Shown one piece after another: positions 48,561 to 61,052 of a stretch of DNA of 64,000 nt. Every line of letters begins with the position of its first letter. The first letter of the stretch is position 1. A program made the position numbers and the translations under genes. The notes beneath the pieces were generated by a model. The model ran no database searches. It was not told where the DNA came from and worked only from the letters and a program-made list of their open reading frames with translations. The stretch covers positions 12,214,001 through 12,278,000 of the forward strand of contig NC_043022.1 in NCBI RefSeq assembly GCF_006345805.1, read 5' to 3'. Origin of the DNA: Octopus sinensis. Lineage: Eukaryota.

Positions 48561-51257
48561 AAAAATAGAGGGTTGTGAAAAGCCAGTTTCTTGAGATGAA
48601 GTGGTGGATGTGTTGATTAAATCAACCCTGAAAGGATGAAAAGCAAATTTGTCCTCTGTGGGATTTGAACTCAGAACAACAAAAGGTGAGCTAAATCGAG
48701 TACTGTAAAATGTTTTGTCTGATGCTCTAACGGTTCTGTCAATTCTTCAGCTTAAATTGGCTTTAAAGCAAGAATTGAAATGGTGTTATTAATTCTACTG
48801 GTCAAAGTTTTATCTCTTACGCCAGAGGCGTTGACCATTTGAAATTCCAATAATTGTGATGTGGAAACAAAAATCAATCAGTGGCGGTGACGTTTCACAG
48901 ATGAAATTCTTGTCTGTATTTTATTTGGTAATTGAAGTTATCCGATGAATTTTCTCTGCAGAGACAGGAAAACCGGTGAACCTACGTCACAGAGATACAT
49001 CTCTTGGGGATTTGGTAGTTGGGTATTTTGATGAATTACCAGCAAGAAGTCCATTGTTACTTTTACAGCTATTGATAGCTGAGAATGGGTTTGATCACTG
49101 CTGGAGAAATAAATAATAGAGTAATGACAAAGAAAGAGAGAAAATAAAAGAAGAAAGAGAAGAGAGAAGGGTAAGTTGACAAAGTGAAATAGGAAGAAGA
49201 AGAAGAAGAAGAAGATGAGCAAGGGGAGAAAATATGAGCAAGGAGAGTAAGTAAAGGAAGAAGAAGAGTAAGGAGTGAAAGTAAAAGGAGGGAAAGAAGG
49301 GGAAGTAAAAGAGGAAGAAGATAAAGGAGAACAGAAGAGGAGAGAAAGGGGAAGAGAGTAAGTAGAAGAAGAGAAAGAGTAAGGAGAGAAAGTAAAAGAA
49401 GGAAAAGAAAAGAAAAAGATGAGGAAGTAAAAGAGGAAGAAGATAAAGGAGAACAGAAGAGGAGAGAAAGGGGAAGAAGAAAGAGAGTAAGTAGAAGAAG
49501 ATAAAGAGTAAGGAGAGAAAGTGAGAGAGGAAAAAGAATAAGCAAAAAGGCAAAGGAAAAAAGAGAGAAGAAATGCCAGGTTTTCATTAACTTCTGATGG
49601 AATCAATACAGCGTTTTGTGGAATCTGAGAAGTTAATTAGGAGAATTTGATGAAATGGAAGACAAAATTATCTTCCTTCAATATATGGTGCACAATATAA
49701 GGCAAAGGAACTAATCGCAAAGGAAACTTCAATGTTTTTATTATATTCCCAGTATGTGATGAATGTGACGGTATGGCAAGGTGTTGGTGGTTGTGGTGGT
49801 GGTCGGGGCAATTGTGAGGTGACCAACCTATAACTGATTGTATACACACACACACACACACATACATACATACAGGCGTTCTCTGTGTAGGCGACATTTG
49901 ATTGAAGGTTTCAAAGTCGAAATTATTTGAGAATCGATAACGTGAAATATAGATTTTCTGTTTCAATTGGATCACTTAGGAATTATTCTATTAAATTTAA
50001 GTCTTTGCTGTAAAGGGTGGAATCAGTAGGAATGGCCATGGACACGACATCTGAACATATTCAGTTATACACCTTAGCTTTAGGTTCAAATCTTATGGGT
50101 ATCAACTTGAAATAAATTAATACCAGTAGAATACTGGGGTTGATATAATCAACTATTTCTTCTCCCAGAATTTGCAACCAAGACAGAAATCTTTGTTATT
50201 AACCCTTTAGCATTTAAACTGACCATATCTGGCCCAAATATTTTCGGTGTTTTCATTCAAGTTGGCTATATCTGGTTTCTCACACCTACCCTACAATGTC
50301 ATTCTAAAAATAAGCAATCACATTATCGAAATCTTAGGGTTGTGAGATGAGGGTTAGGGTTAGGGATGGCCTCGTCAGTGCCATGTAATAAGCACCCAGT
50401 ACACTCTGTTAAGTAGTTGGCAATAGAAAAGGCATCCAGGCATAGAAACCATACCGAACCAGGCATTGGAGCTACGTGCAACCCTCTGGTTCACCAGCTC
50501 CTGTTAAAATGTTGAACCTGTGCCAGTATGGAAAATAGGCATTAGACGAAGATGGTGTGGTAAGAAGCTTGCTTCCCAACCACTTGGTTCCAGGTTCAGT
50601 CTGCCATGCAGTGGGACTGTGTTCTGTGTTCAATTCCTGCAATCAACTTCATCCTTCTGAAGTCAATATGATGAAATAATGGAAGACACGTCTGCTTGCC
50701 TCTTCATCTTTCTTGATCCCCTCTCTCCCTCCAGCACTACCCCCACTTCTTCTCTCCTTCTCTTTCTGTCTGTCTCTCTTCTCCTTGTCTATTTCCTCTT
50801 CCTTCTCTCTGCCTCTTACATTCTCCCTCTCCTCCTTTTCTCTCTCCCTATCTCCCCTCTTCTTCTATCCCACCTATTTTTTCTCTCTCACCCTCCATCT
50901 ATTTCTCCCTCCTTTCTCACCCTCTCTCTTTATCCTTCTTTCTTCTTCTCTATTTCCTACTCCCCCCCCCCTCATAGTCAGTTGTTTCAGATAATTTGCA
51001 GGAATTACACAAAATAAATACAAATACACACACTAATTTCGTGACCTTTGAATTTAGGACATTTCTTTCACTTTCGGGCCGTCCTCTTCACATTTATTGG
51101 CATTTCATTTAACAGCAGATGAAGAATTTTTTGTTAATTTCTTCCCGGGATTCTGCCTGTGACTGGCATGTTTGTCCTAGACTTGAAGTAGTTTATGTCT
51201 TCCATTTTGGTCATTGTTTGATACACACATGTATAAACGTATATATATATATATATA

Positions 51258-51663
51258 GGGCGTAGGAGTGGCTGTGTGGTAAGTAGCTTGCTAACCAACC
51301 ACATGGTCCCGGGTTCAGTCCCACTGCGTGGCATCTTGGGCAAGTGTCTTTTGCTATAGCCCCGATCCAACCAATGCCTTGTGAGTGGATTTGGTAGATG
51401 AAAACTGAAAGAAGCCTGTCGTATATATGTATATATATTTATATATGTATGTGTGTGTTTGTGTGTCTGCTGTGTTTGTCCCCCTAGCATTGCTTGACAA
51501 CCGATGCTGGTGTGTTTACATTCCCGTCACTTAGCGGTTTGGCAAAAGAGACTGATAGAATAAGTACTGGGCTTACAAAGAATAAGTCCCGGGGTCAATT
51601 TGCTCGACTAAAGGCGGTGCTCCAGCATGGCTGCAGTCAAAATGACTGAAACAAGTAAAAGAG
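51258..51663 (+). mobile_element. SINE family A followed directly by a family C 3' part (to ~51850)
   Basis: Full-length match. Confidence 0.85.
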
Positions 51664-51930
51664 AAATATATGCCGGCGTCATGTAAACAGCACCCAGTAT
51701 TTTTTGTAAAGTGGTTGGTGTTAGGAAGGGCATCCAGCTGTAGAAACCATGCCCCAAAAGAGACAAATGGCAGTTCCTCTGCTGACCAGCTCCTGTCAAA
51801 CTGTCCAACCCATGCCAGAATGCAAAATGAGTTTTAAGTGAAGATGATGATGATATATATATATTGATAGAAATGGTAAGACAACAAAAGAATGAAAGAG
51901 ACCTCGATATTATGTAAATAGAGGAATTTA

Positions 51931-52189
51931 TCTGTAAATGTAATATGTGATAATTATTCAGTAGCCATGATAAAACTCCAACTTTCGGATATTGGGGTGG
52001 AAATCCATGCTGCCATCTCTTCATACCAGGTTTTCATTAACTGCTGAGGGAATAAATATAGCGTTTTCATAGCATTTTTTCTGATGGCCGGATAACTGAA
52101 GAGATGGCAACATGGATTTCCACCCCGACATCCGAAACTCAGAGTTTTATCATGGCTACCGAATAATTGCCACATATTACATTTAAAGA
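51931..52189. mobile_element. MITE-like inverted repeat
   Basis: ~90 bp imperfect arms (51931-52020 and 52100-52189). Confidence 0.6.
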
Positions 52190-52218
52190 TTATATATATA
52201 TATATATATATATATATA

Positions 52219-52992
52219 CTAGCAGCATAGCCCGGCGTTGCCTGGTTATGTAAGAGCCCCTAGTAGGCAACGACTAATCCCAATCTAGTCCTTTCTCTCT
52301 AGGGAATGAAGGCGCATGTGTAGGTTGCAATGTCTTCTCTTCACTCCCAAATAACTATCAAACAGCTATCGATAATTCAACCCAACCAATTCCTACCAGG
52401 AAGAAATTACATTCGAGACTTTACCCCACTTCTGCTAATAGCTGCTGCAGCCGCAAGTTATTCAAATACTTTTTTGTTTACACTTTCTTTATAACTACCA
52501 CCCCAAACGTTTTACCTTAAATTTTTGACGTACCCTAAGGGTCCTCGGACGCTACTTGCAAACTCTTGGTTTATTATAAACCGCTTTTGTCGTGTGCATC
52601 AAAAAACCTTTTCCATTCGTTTGTTCAGTTTGGTCACTTTTGACTTTTTCGTTGTTGTCACTCACATTGCTGCCCGCTTTTTTGCCGTTTTTGTACATTT
52701 TTATACATTTTGGGATACTTACCCCACGTGTTCCGAGTTAAAAAGGTCGAGTTGCGTCCCCTAGACAGTGTGTAGAAAACGTGTTGCATATAAAAAGCTT
52801 AGATTCTCGCCCATGTCGAATTTATCGATTCTTTTCAGAACTGGGGGAGCTTTTCAAAATTTTCGCTGCGTTAGTTTTGAATCATGACATTGGGCTACGT
52901 GTGTGTCAAGTTTCATCAGAATTGGTTGAAAGCCGTGGTCAGGGTGAGGGTACAACCTGACAGACACACAAACTGCCGTTTATATATAGAGA
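52219..52992 (-). mobile_element. Non-autonomous Helitron-like element (longer variant)
   Basis: 5' part matches the 30151 copy; 3' end ggcaacgccgggctatgctg-CTAG; sits in a TA microsatellite. Confidence 0.75.
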
Positions 52993-52998
52993 TATAAG

Positions 52999-53063
<65 letters not shown>

Positions 53064-53884
53064 GTACATGTGTGTAAAGCAATGACAAAAATAGAGAACT
53101 ATTTCAAACCTATGAAAAGAATTTACACACACAATTTGAGCAACATTTCCATGGCCATCAAACAAAAAGGTTATTTACTATGTCAAAGGAATTTCCGCTT
53201 GAAAGGCTGGTTGTTAAAGGGTCTGTGTACTATTAAAGCCATTTACTTCTTTAAAGTACTTCGTAACAATTAAAAGTGTCATTTCATATAGACATAAACC
53301 AACTTATCGTTACTTTTATTGTTGTTGTGATGATGGTTATTGAAAAACAAAATTAAAAACCATAAAAAAAATCATCATCATCATCATCATCATTATTATT
53401 ATTATTAATATATTGGCTGATGTGAAAGTACTGCGAGTTATCTATGGCATCTCTTTGGAATTATTGGAGATGGTGAGATAAAATATTTGGTACGGTGGAA
53501 TTGATAAACACAACAGAAATGTCTTGAAAATAGGAAGAAATTCCATTATGATGTAGTCTATCTTTTGGTATTGATTACTAATCTTTTCAACCCCGTAACT
53601 GCTCCATAGTGGTTCCACAGACAACGGAAATTTCACACTCAGAATCTCCATTTTTCTCTGTAACGAAAAAAAAAAAAAAGGAAAGAAAAAAAAAACCCCT
53701 CAGATTTCCCTCGCTTCCCATCCCCTTCCTTTCACCTTGGCTTCCGTCCGTCACAGCAAAACTGAATTGTAAATTATTGTTAAAATTGTCCCCCTAACTC
53801 TAGCTCTAGCACGAACTCTCTGTCCACACATTGTTATATAGACACTTCCATTGTGTGTGCACACGTGTGCGTGTGTATGTGTCT

Positions 53885-54081
53885 GTGTGTGTATGTGTAT
53901 GTATGCGTACCAATTCAAGACAATCCTTAGGTGTTTCCATACACACATGCTTGTACATTGTTAAATCGATAGCTAGCATTTTATATACACATGTGTGTGT
54001 ATATATATTTGTATAAATGTATGCTTATATATATATATATATCTGTATATAAGTGTGTGTATAGATATATGTATTAATCTG

Positions 54082-54112
<31 letters not shown>

Positions 54113-54246
54113 ATGTATGCATACCAATTCAAGACAATCCTTAGGTGTTTCCATACACACATGCTTGTACATTGTTAAATCGATAGCTAGCATTTTATAT
54201 ATACATGTGTGTGTGTATATATATTTGTATAAATGTATGTTTATGT

Positions 54247-54287
<41 letters not shown>

Positions 54288-54340
54288 TAGATAGATATAT
54301 ATTTGTATATAAGTGTGTGTACAGATATATGTATTAATGT
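53885..54340. repeat. Tandem duplication of a ~220 bp unit
   Basis: taccaattcaagacaatccttaggtgtttccatacacacatgcttgtacattgttaaatcgatagctagc occurs twice (~53909 and ~54122). Confidence 0.9.
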
Positions 54341-54355
54341 GTGTATAAATCTATG

Positions 54356-54392
<37 letters not shown>

Positions 54393-54493
54393 ATGCATTT
54401 ATATATATATATATATATCTGTATATAAGTGTGTGTATAGATATATTTATTAATGTGTATATAAATCTATGTATATATATGTATATATGTATA

Positions 54494-54524
<31 letters not shown>

Positions 54525-55102
54525 GTGTATGTATATATGTATGTATGTATATATGTATGTATGTATATATGTGTTTATGTATATATGTGTCTATATATAT
54601 GTATATGTATACATATGTACATACACATGTAAATGTGTGCATCAGAAACCCATGCATGTGTGTGTGTGTGTGTGTGTTTGTTCATGTACAGTGACGTTTT
54701 TAGTTATGTACTTATCTATCTAAATATGTACGTACATACTTAATGCACTAGTGTGTGTGTGTATGTATATATGTCTGTGTGTGTCAATTTAGTCTGTTTA
54801 TATTTGTTTGTGTGTGCATGTGTTTGAAATGGGGGGGGGGAAGAGATAAAGAAAGTTCCCCTCCCCCCCACTTCTATTCCCTCTGATGATTCCGTGCAAA
54901 ACTTGCCTGTAAACTCTCACTAAATAAGTAACAGGCAAAACTTTTTATAACTTATATTAGTGAAAATATATAATGCTTATTTTATATCTCTTCCTCCACA
55001 TCTTCCTCTTCATCATCATCCTCCCTCAACCTTTTAGCATTCACAGATGTAATGTTTATTTATTCTCCAGTCTAATGACTGGAACAAGTAAAAGGTAGAT
55101 AA

Positions 55103-55179
<77 letters not shown>

Positions 55180-55192
55180 ATATATATGTATA

Positions 55193-55503
55193 TGGAGGCG
55201 CAATGGCCCAGTGGTTAGGGCAGCGGACTCGGGGTCGTAGGATCGCGGTTTTGATTCCCAGACTGGGCGTTGGGAGTGTTTATTGAGCGAAAACACTCAA
55301 AGCTCCACGCGGCTCCGGCAGAGGTTGGTGGCGATCCCTGCTGAACTCTTTCACCACAACTGTTTCTCACTCTTTCTTCTGTTGGCCTGCTCACTTAGCC
55401 AGCGGGGTGGCGTCATTTGAAGGCTAAAAATCAATACGAAGCGCATTGTGACCAGTGATGTGTAGCAACATCTGATAGCCTGGTTGGTCACGTGATCACG
55501 TGA
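55193..55503 (+). mobile_element. tRNA-derived SINE family E
   Basis: A box tggcccagtggtt, B-box-like ggttttgattccc, tail cacgtgatcacgtgat; inserted in (TA)n. Confidence 0.7.
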
Positions 55504-55890
55504 TGTATGTATATAATCCAAAATTAGAGGAGAAAGTGCAGTGTCCATGACCTCTTTTAGGAGCTCTAAGATTGGTAGAAGGCAGTTACTCTGAGCCTAG
55601 GGATCAGTCCCAATTGCTCAAAACCATGTAAAGTTCAATTAAAGGCATTGAAAACACTGGAAGTGGTTGAGGTTGTTGTTGTTGTGACAGTGGTACTGGA
55701 TGTAGGAGTGTTAAACCAAGTGACATATTAAATCTATCGATGAAGTGTAGGAATGATCCCTCATACAGTTTCCACAGTTTTTCTTTGCCAGTAGCCCCCC
55801 CCCACACACAAAAAGGATCTTAGACAATCTGAGGCTATGAGAGAAGATGGTGACAAATCAAATTGTGTCTGTACCAAAAGCATCTTTCCA

Positions 55891-56116
55891 TTAACCCTTT
55901 CATTACTGTATTTATTTTGAGATGCTCTGTTTCTTTCAAATATTTTAAATATAACAAAGAATTTAGTAAAATAACTTAGTTACCTTTAAGCTAGTTTTAG
56001 GAACATAAATTGTGACTAAGGTTTGGTGGAAGATTTTAATTTAAAACTTATGAAAACAAGACATTTGTACTCAGAGCCAGAGCTGCTTTCAGCCGGGTTG
56101 GTAATGAAAGGGTTAA
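55891..56116. mobile_element. piggyBac-type MITE
   Basis: TTAA-ccctttcattac ... gtaatgaaaggg-TTAA: 12 bp perfect terminal inverted repeat with TTAA duplication. Confidence 0.8.
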
Positions 56117-56470
56117 TATTTTTTGTATGCTGTTAATTTTTCTCTGAAGTATGCGCGAAAAGAGCACTGGATTTAGATGAAGGGAGACCCCAGGTTATTC
56201 CACTTGTGTTCCAGAAGGCATATAATAGCGTCATAAATATTATGTACTTGTGATGGATATTCCCAAGGTTTTGAGGTCATAAGTTATGGCCAATTAAGCC
56301 TAGAGATAAATTGGGGGTGGGGTGTCTCATGGAGAAGCTTTTGCAAAAAATAAAAAAAAGCTAAAACAAAAAGCAATAAATTTGGCCTTAGGTTTTAATT
56401 CCAATTTTATTATTACCATATTGTATGTCTGTATACGTAAGTGTGTATTTATCTGTGTGTGTGTGTGTGT

Positions 56471-56865
56471 ACTCTTTATTCTTTTACTTGTTTCAGTCAT
56501 TTGACTGCGGCCATGCTGGAGCACCGCCTTTAGTCGAGCAAATCGACCCCAGGACTTATTCTTTGTAAGCCCAGTACTTATTCTATCAGTCTCTTTTGCC
56601 GAACCGCTAAGTGACGGGGGCGTAAACACACCAGCATCGGTTGTCAAGCAATGCTAGAGGGACAAACACACACATACATATATATATATATATACATATA
56701 TACGACGGGCTTCTTTCAGTTTCCGTCTGCCAAATCCACTCACAAGGCATTGGTCGGCCCGGGGCTATAGCAGAAGACACTTGCCCAAGATGCCACGCAG
56801 TGGGACTGAACCCGGAACCATGTGGTTGGTTAGCAAGCTACTTACCACACAGCCACTCCTGTGCC
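56471..56865 (-). mobile_element. SINE family A
   Basis: Full-length match. Confidence 0.88.
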
Positions 56866-57316
56866 TCTGTGTGTATCTTTTATAAATTTCAGTCATTAGA
56901 ATGGGATCAGACTTGAAGAGTTTTAGTCAAAAAGGTTGACTTCCAGTATTTATTTTTCAGTCTGGTTGGTACTTATTCTACAGTTTTTTTTGCTGATCCA
57001 TGCATATATAGAATGGGCTTCCACACAGTTTCCATCAACCAGATACACTCACAAGGCATTGGTAGGCCCAGGACTGTAGTATAGAAGGCATTTGCCCAAG
57101 GTACATGAACCTTCTTGACCACACAGCCATGCCTGGACCACTGAACTCAACATGTTTTTTTTTTATCATTCTCTCTGTTTATTTCCACTTATTCCTTTCT
57201 GCCAAAGAGCTTAGGCTCAAAATGTAAAAGACTTTTCCCTTTTTCCCAAGCATCAAACTAATACACTTGCTTGTTGTTCCTACACCTCTCTAGGTCTTTG
57301 TTTTTCTATAAATTTG

Positions 57317-57351
<35 letters not shown>

Positions 57352-57354
<3 letters not shown>

Positions 57355-57744
57355 TTATATATAAAACTGTAGTTGTGTGAGTGTCTGTCCCCTTCGATTT
57401 AGATTCCTAACTACTCCCACATTTTGCGGTGCAGTTTAACCAAAACCGGGTATCTTATAGTCGTGATTCATATCGAGCCCTTCTGGGTATTAGCACGCGT
57501 CTACGATGAGTCTACGATTTTAAAAATAATTTACCATCATTTTTTTCCATTTTCATGCATATTTTTTTAAAAGGAAGTAACTCTCTAAAAATGTCTATGA
57601 TGAGTCAACGATTTAAAAAAAAATTTACCATCATATTTTTTCCATTTTTAATGCATTTTTTTGCTATTTTTTGGCTATAACTCTCTAAAAATGCTGTATA
57701 GTTATTTCCCTTACAAACCCGAGCAACACCGGGCGATACTGCTA

Positions 57745-57745
<1 letters not shown>
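57352..57745 (+). mobile_element. Non-autonomous Helitron-like element (different 5' part)
   Basis: 5' TC; the last ~110 bp are nearly identical to the 30151 copy, ending gggcgatactg-CTAG; AT insertion site. Confidence 0.75.
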
Positions 57746-57783
<38 letters not shown>

Positions 57784-60700
57784 TATATTATATGTTTTTT
57801 TTATCTTTTACTTGTGGGTGTATGGTAAGAAGTAACCTTCTTACCATACATCTGAACCTATATATATATTCATAGATATAAATCTTAAGTGACCAGACTC
57901 ACTGACCTTGCATGTCAAGAAATATAATACAAAATAAATGATAACTAAATGCACCTAAAAAGCTACCAAAGCAATGTGTGCACTGCACTGAATTCACATG
58001 CAGGATGTAATTAGTCATATGTTAGGGAGTGTGTATGATAAGTAACTTAATTGCAAATGAGGCACTCCTCACTTACCTTTAATTATTTCAATTAATTAGA
58101 AAATTGCTTTTCAAGCTGAGAGTCTAGTATCCATAATCTTTTGTTATGTCAATCAATGACATTTTATGAATCTATATGCTAAAAGATATGAGCTACTTCC
58201 CCTTCACTTTGTCTATACATGCTGAGCCAAACAAATGTTTTTTGTTTTTATTTTGCAAAATTATGCAGATGGATTCTAGTGATTATCCATATGGATTCTA
58301 GTGACAGAATTGATAGTGAAATGTATTCTAGATGAAACAGGGAAAGCTTTCTCTTCAGAATTGGTCTTCTCACATTAATCTAGGCACATTAATCTGTCTC
58401 AGTTCTCACTCAAAGGACTCTTACTTAACAGGATTATATATATTTTGTATATATATATATATATATCAGGAGCGTATGGTTATCTTTCAGGGTGGGGAAG
58501 CAATGACCAAAATTTTTTTCACTTAGATATTTGAATCAAATTGACATGTTCATATTATAGAGCAACTTTTAAAATAAATAAAAAAATCACATTTTATACT
58601 AAGGGTATTCTGTAATTTGGAAAAGTATAAAATATTAGTTGAATAAACACAGAAAACTACATGCTTATTATCTTTTCACCATTTTTCTTATGGAAGCAGA
58701 ATATCAACTTGCTTCCCTTTTCCTATGTAAGTGTTGCATAACATTGTAAGATTATATATATCATAGGTATTGCAAATTCACAGAAACTTAATCTAAGTGT
58801 ATAAGTATTTATTAGCATCTAAAACTATTTGTCATCAGCTCTTACTAGAAAAAAATTGTCTTTGTGGCATTTTTATCGGAAAAAATGTTAAAACATTACA
58901 CCCCAAAAGGATGCAACAGCTCGTGTTGCTTCCCTTGCACAGATTTTTTTTTTTGTGTTGTCTGCCACTGCTTGTTGTCTCCTGCTAAGTCCGACAATAA
59001 AAGTCTGAAGCCTATGATGTCATGTAGTTTACATAAATTTTTCAGGACATTGGAAGAACAATTTTATGAAAAATAAGTAATAAATATAGCTTCAATTTTG
59101 TTTCTATAACTTTTAAGGGAAGCATTGCTTCCCTTGCTTCCATGGAATGTATGCCTATGATATACCTGCTGTTAACCATTCTTGTTTTTAATTTTGTTTT
59201 CGTTTTTTGTATTTATATTCGTTCCTTTTTCCAAGAAATCTAATGGTCACAGCTTAGTTTTTCCTTGGGGCTGGCTGTGTTGGAGAATTAATCAGCCGAA
59301 ATTTGCTATGATGATCCGGTTTCTGACTGAAGATTAAAGGCTTCGAATGTCCTGTCTGTTTTCTGTGTTCGTCTCTTTATATATAAATTTTTATTCCTAT
59401 ATATATATACACCATGTGGTTAAGTATTGTCCACCTATCTTTGCACACAAACTTTGTCAACACCTCATATTCTTTCCTCTCTTTATTGTTTATGAAGTTG
59501 TTACAATTCATATTGACTGCTTTGTTCATTTACTTTGGCCAGCATTATGAATAGGGATTTTAGGTATAATTATTGTCCATATCTATCTTGCAAGATCTTT
59601 TTTTTGTTTCACTCCAGCTTACAAAAACCAAATGAATTCAACACCACTGATATAGCAGTTGTTACCCAGGAACAGTTACCATATTTGATGGAATATAAGA
59701 GGCACCTTTTTTTTTTTTTCACTAAAAAAAAAAAGTCTGCAAAAAAATCACCCTGGATCCCAGATTCTAAATTGATTTAAATATCATATGCTTTAATGGA
59801 CTAAAACTTTTTCCTGAATATGCACTGCTGAAAATGGGGTGCATCTAATATAGCCATGTGTCTCTTTTATGCCATTAAATGTGGTAAATACTGCAAGATG
59901 CAAATGACTGGGCTACAAAACAAAAAAAAAAGGTACTTGACATCAATGTCCAGTAATGTAGTGGACAAGGGCACATTGGTTTGGAACACAGTTATGACAT
60001 TGTAGAAGACGAATTTGCCCAGGGTAGCGTGTGGTTGGATTGAACCTGAAAATCATGTGGTCATGGAGCAAACTTCTTAACCATACAGACGTGACTATAC
60101 CCATTATGTGTGAATAACCTGCCCCCACCCATCAAAATCACATCTCTGTATGTATGCTTGTGTGTGTGTATATGTGTGTGCATGTGTTTGTGTACTTGTA
60201 AAGTATATGAGTTGATGTTTACATGTGTGTGAATATACGTGTATTTGTGTGCACGTGGTACATCTATGCATATACATGTGTGTGTGTGTGTGCATGTATA
60301 AGTAAAACAAGGGCTGTCCAAGATGCTCTTGTCATGTGACACAAACGGCTCACGTGGCAGTGTTTCTCTCTGCTGCTGCTGCTGTTGTTGCTGCACCATT
60401 TTCGACCGATTGAAAGACTCGGTATCGAGGTTTCCGATTGGCTGACGTCCGGCATTTGTAGGAGACAATCAGATAAACTGCAGTGGTCATCGACAAAGAC
60501 ATTCCAAGTTCAGTGAACCTGCAATTAAAAGTAATTAATTAAATTAATGTTGTCATACTTAATAATTAATTCCAGGGAGCAACAAATAAATAATTTAAAA
60601 TCACCAACGGTTATGAACGTTGAGTAATGACTGAAAGAGTCTGCTTGCAAATATGAGCTTCCAAAATGGATTCCTCAGAAGAATTTCTGGAGCAACACTA

Positions 60701-60823
60701 GTCAACAGAGTACATAGCTCAGAGATCAAGAAGTCCCTCTGGGTCAAGTGTTGAGAGGTCACAACTCTGGCTTTACGGATAAGTGGTTAGAATGTCAAAA
60801 GAAAGAATTGAAAGACGAATTCT

Positions 60824-61052
60824 TTAACCCTTTAGCATTTAAACCGGCCATATCCAGCCAAAAGTATTCTGCCTGTTTTATGTTCAAACTGACCAGATCT
60901 GGTCTCTCACACCAACCCTACAATATCGTTTTAAAAATTAACAGCTACCTCATCAAAATTTCATAGCTACAAGATAATGCATGGTTAATTCAAAACAATT
61001 TGGATGAAAAAACATTAATTTTGGCAGAATAAAGCAAACACTAAAGAGTTAA
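60824..61052. mobile_element. piggyBac-type MITE, second family
   Basis: TTAA-ccctttagcattt ... aaacactaaagag-TTAA. Partial relatives at ~50199-50345 and ~61745-61925. Confidence 0.7.

Noticed and set aside
55193-55275. tRNA-like sequence
   Set aside because: A/B boxes continue into a SINE body with no proper acceptor stem; treated as a SINE head.
58762-59159. Possible MITE with CATAGG(T/C)AT ends
   Set aside because: Only a 9 bp imperfect inverted repeat and no clear target-site duplication.
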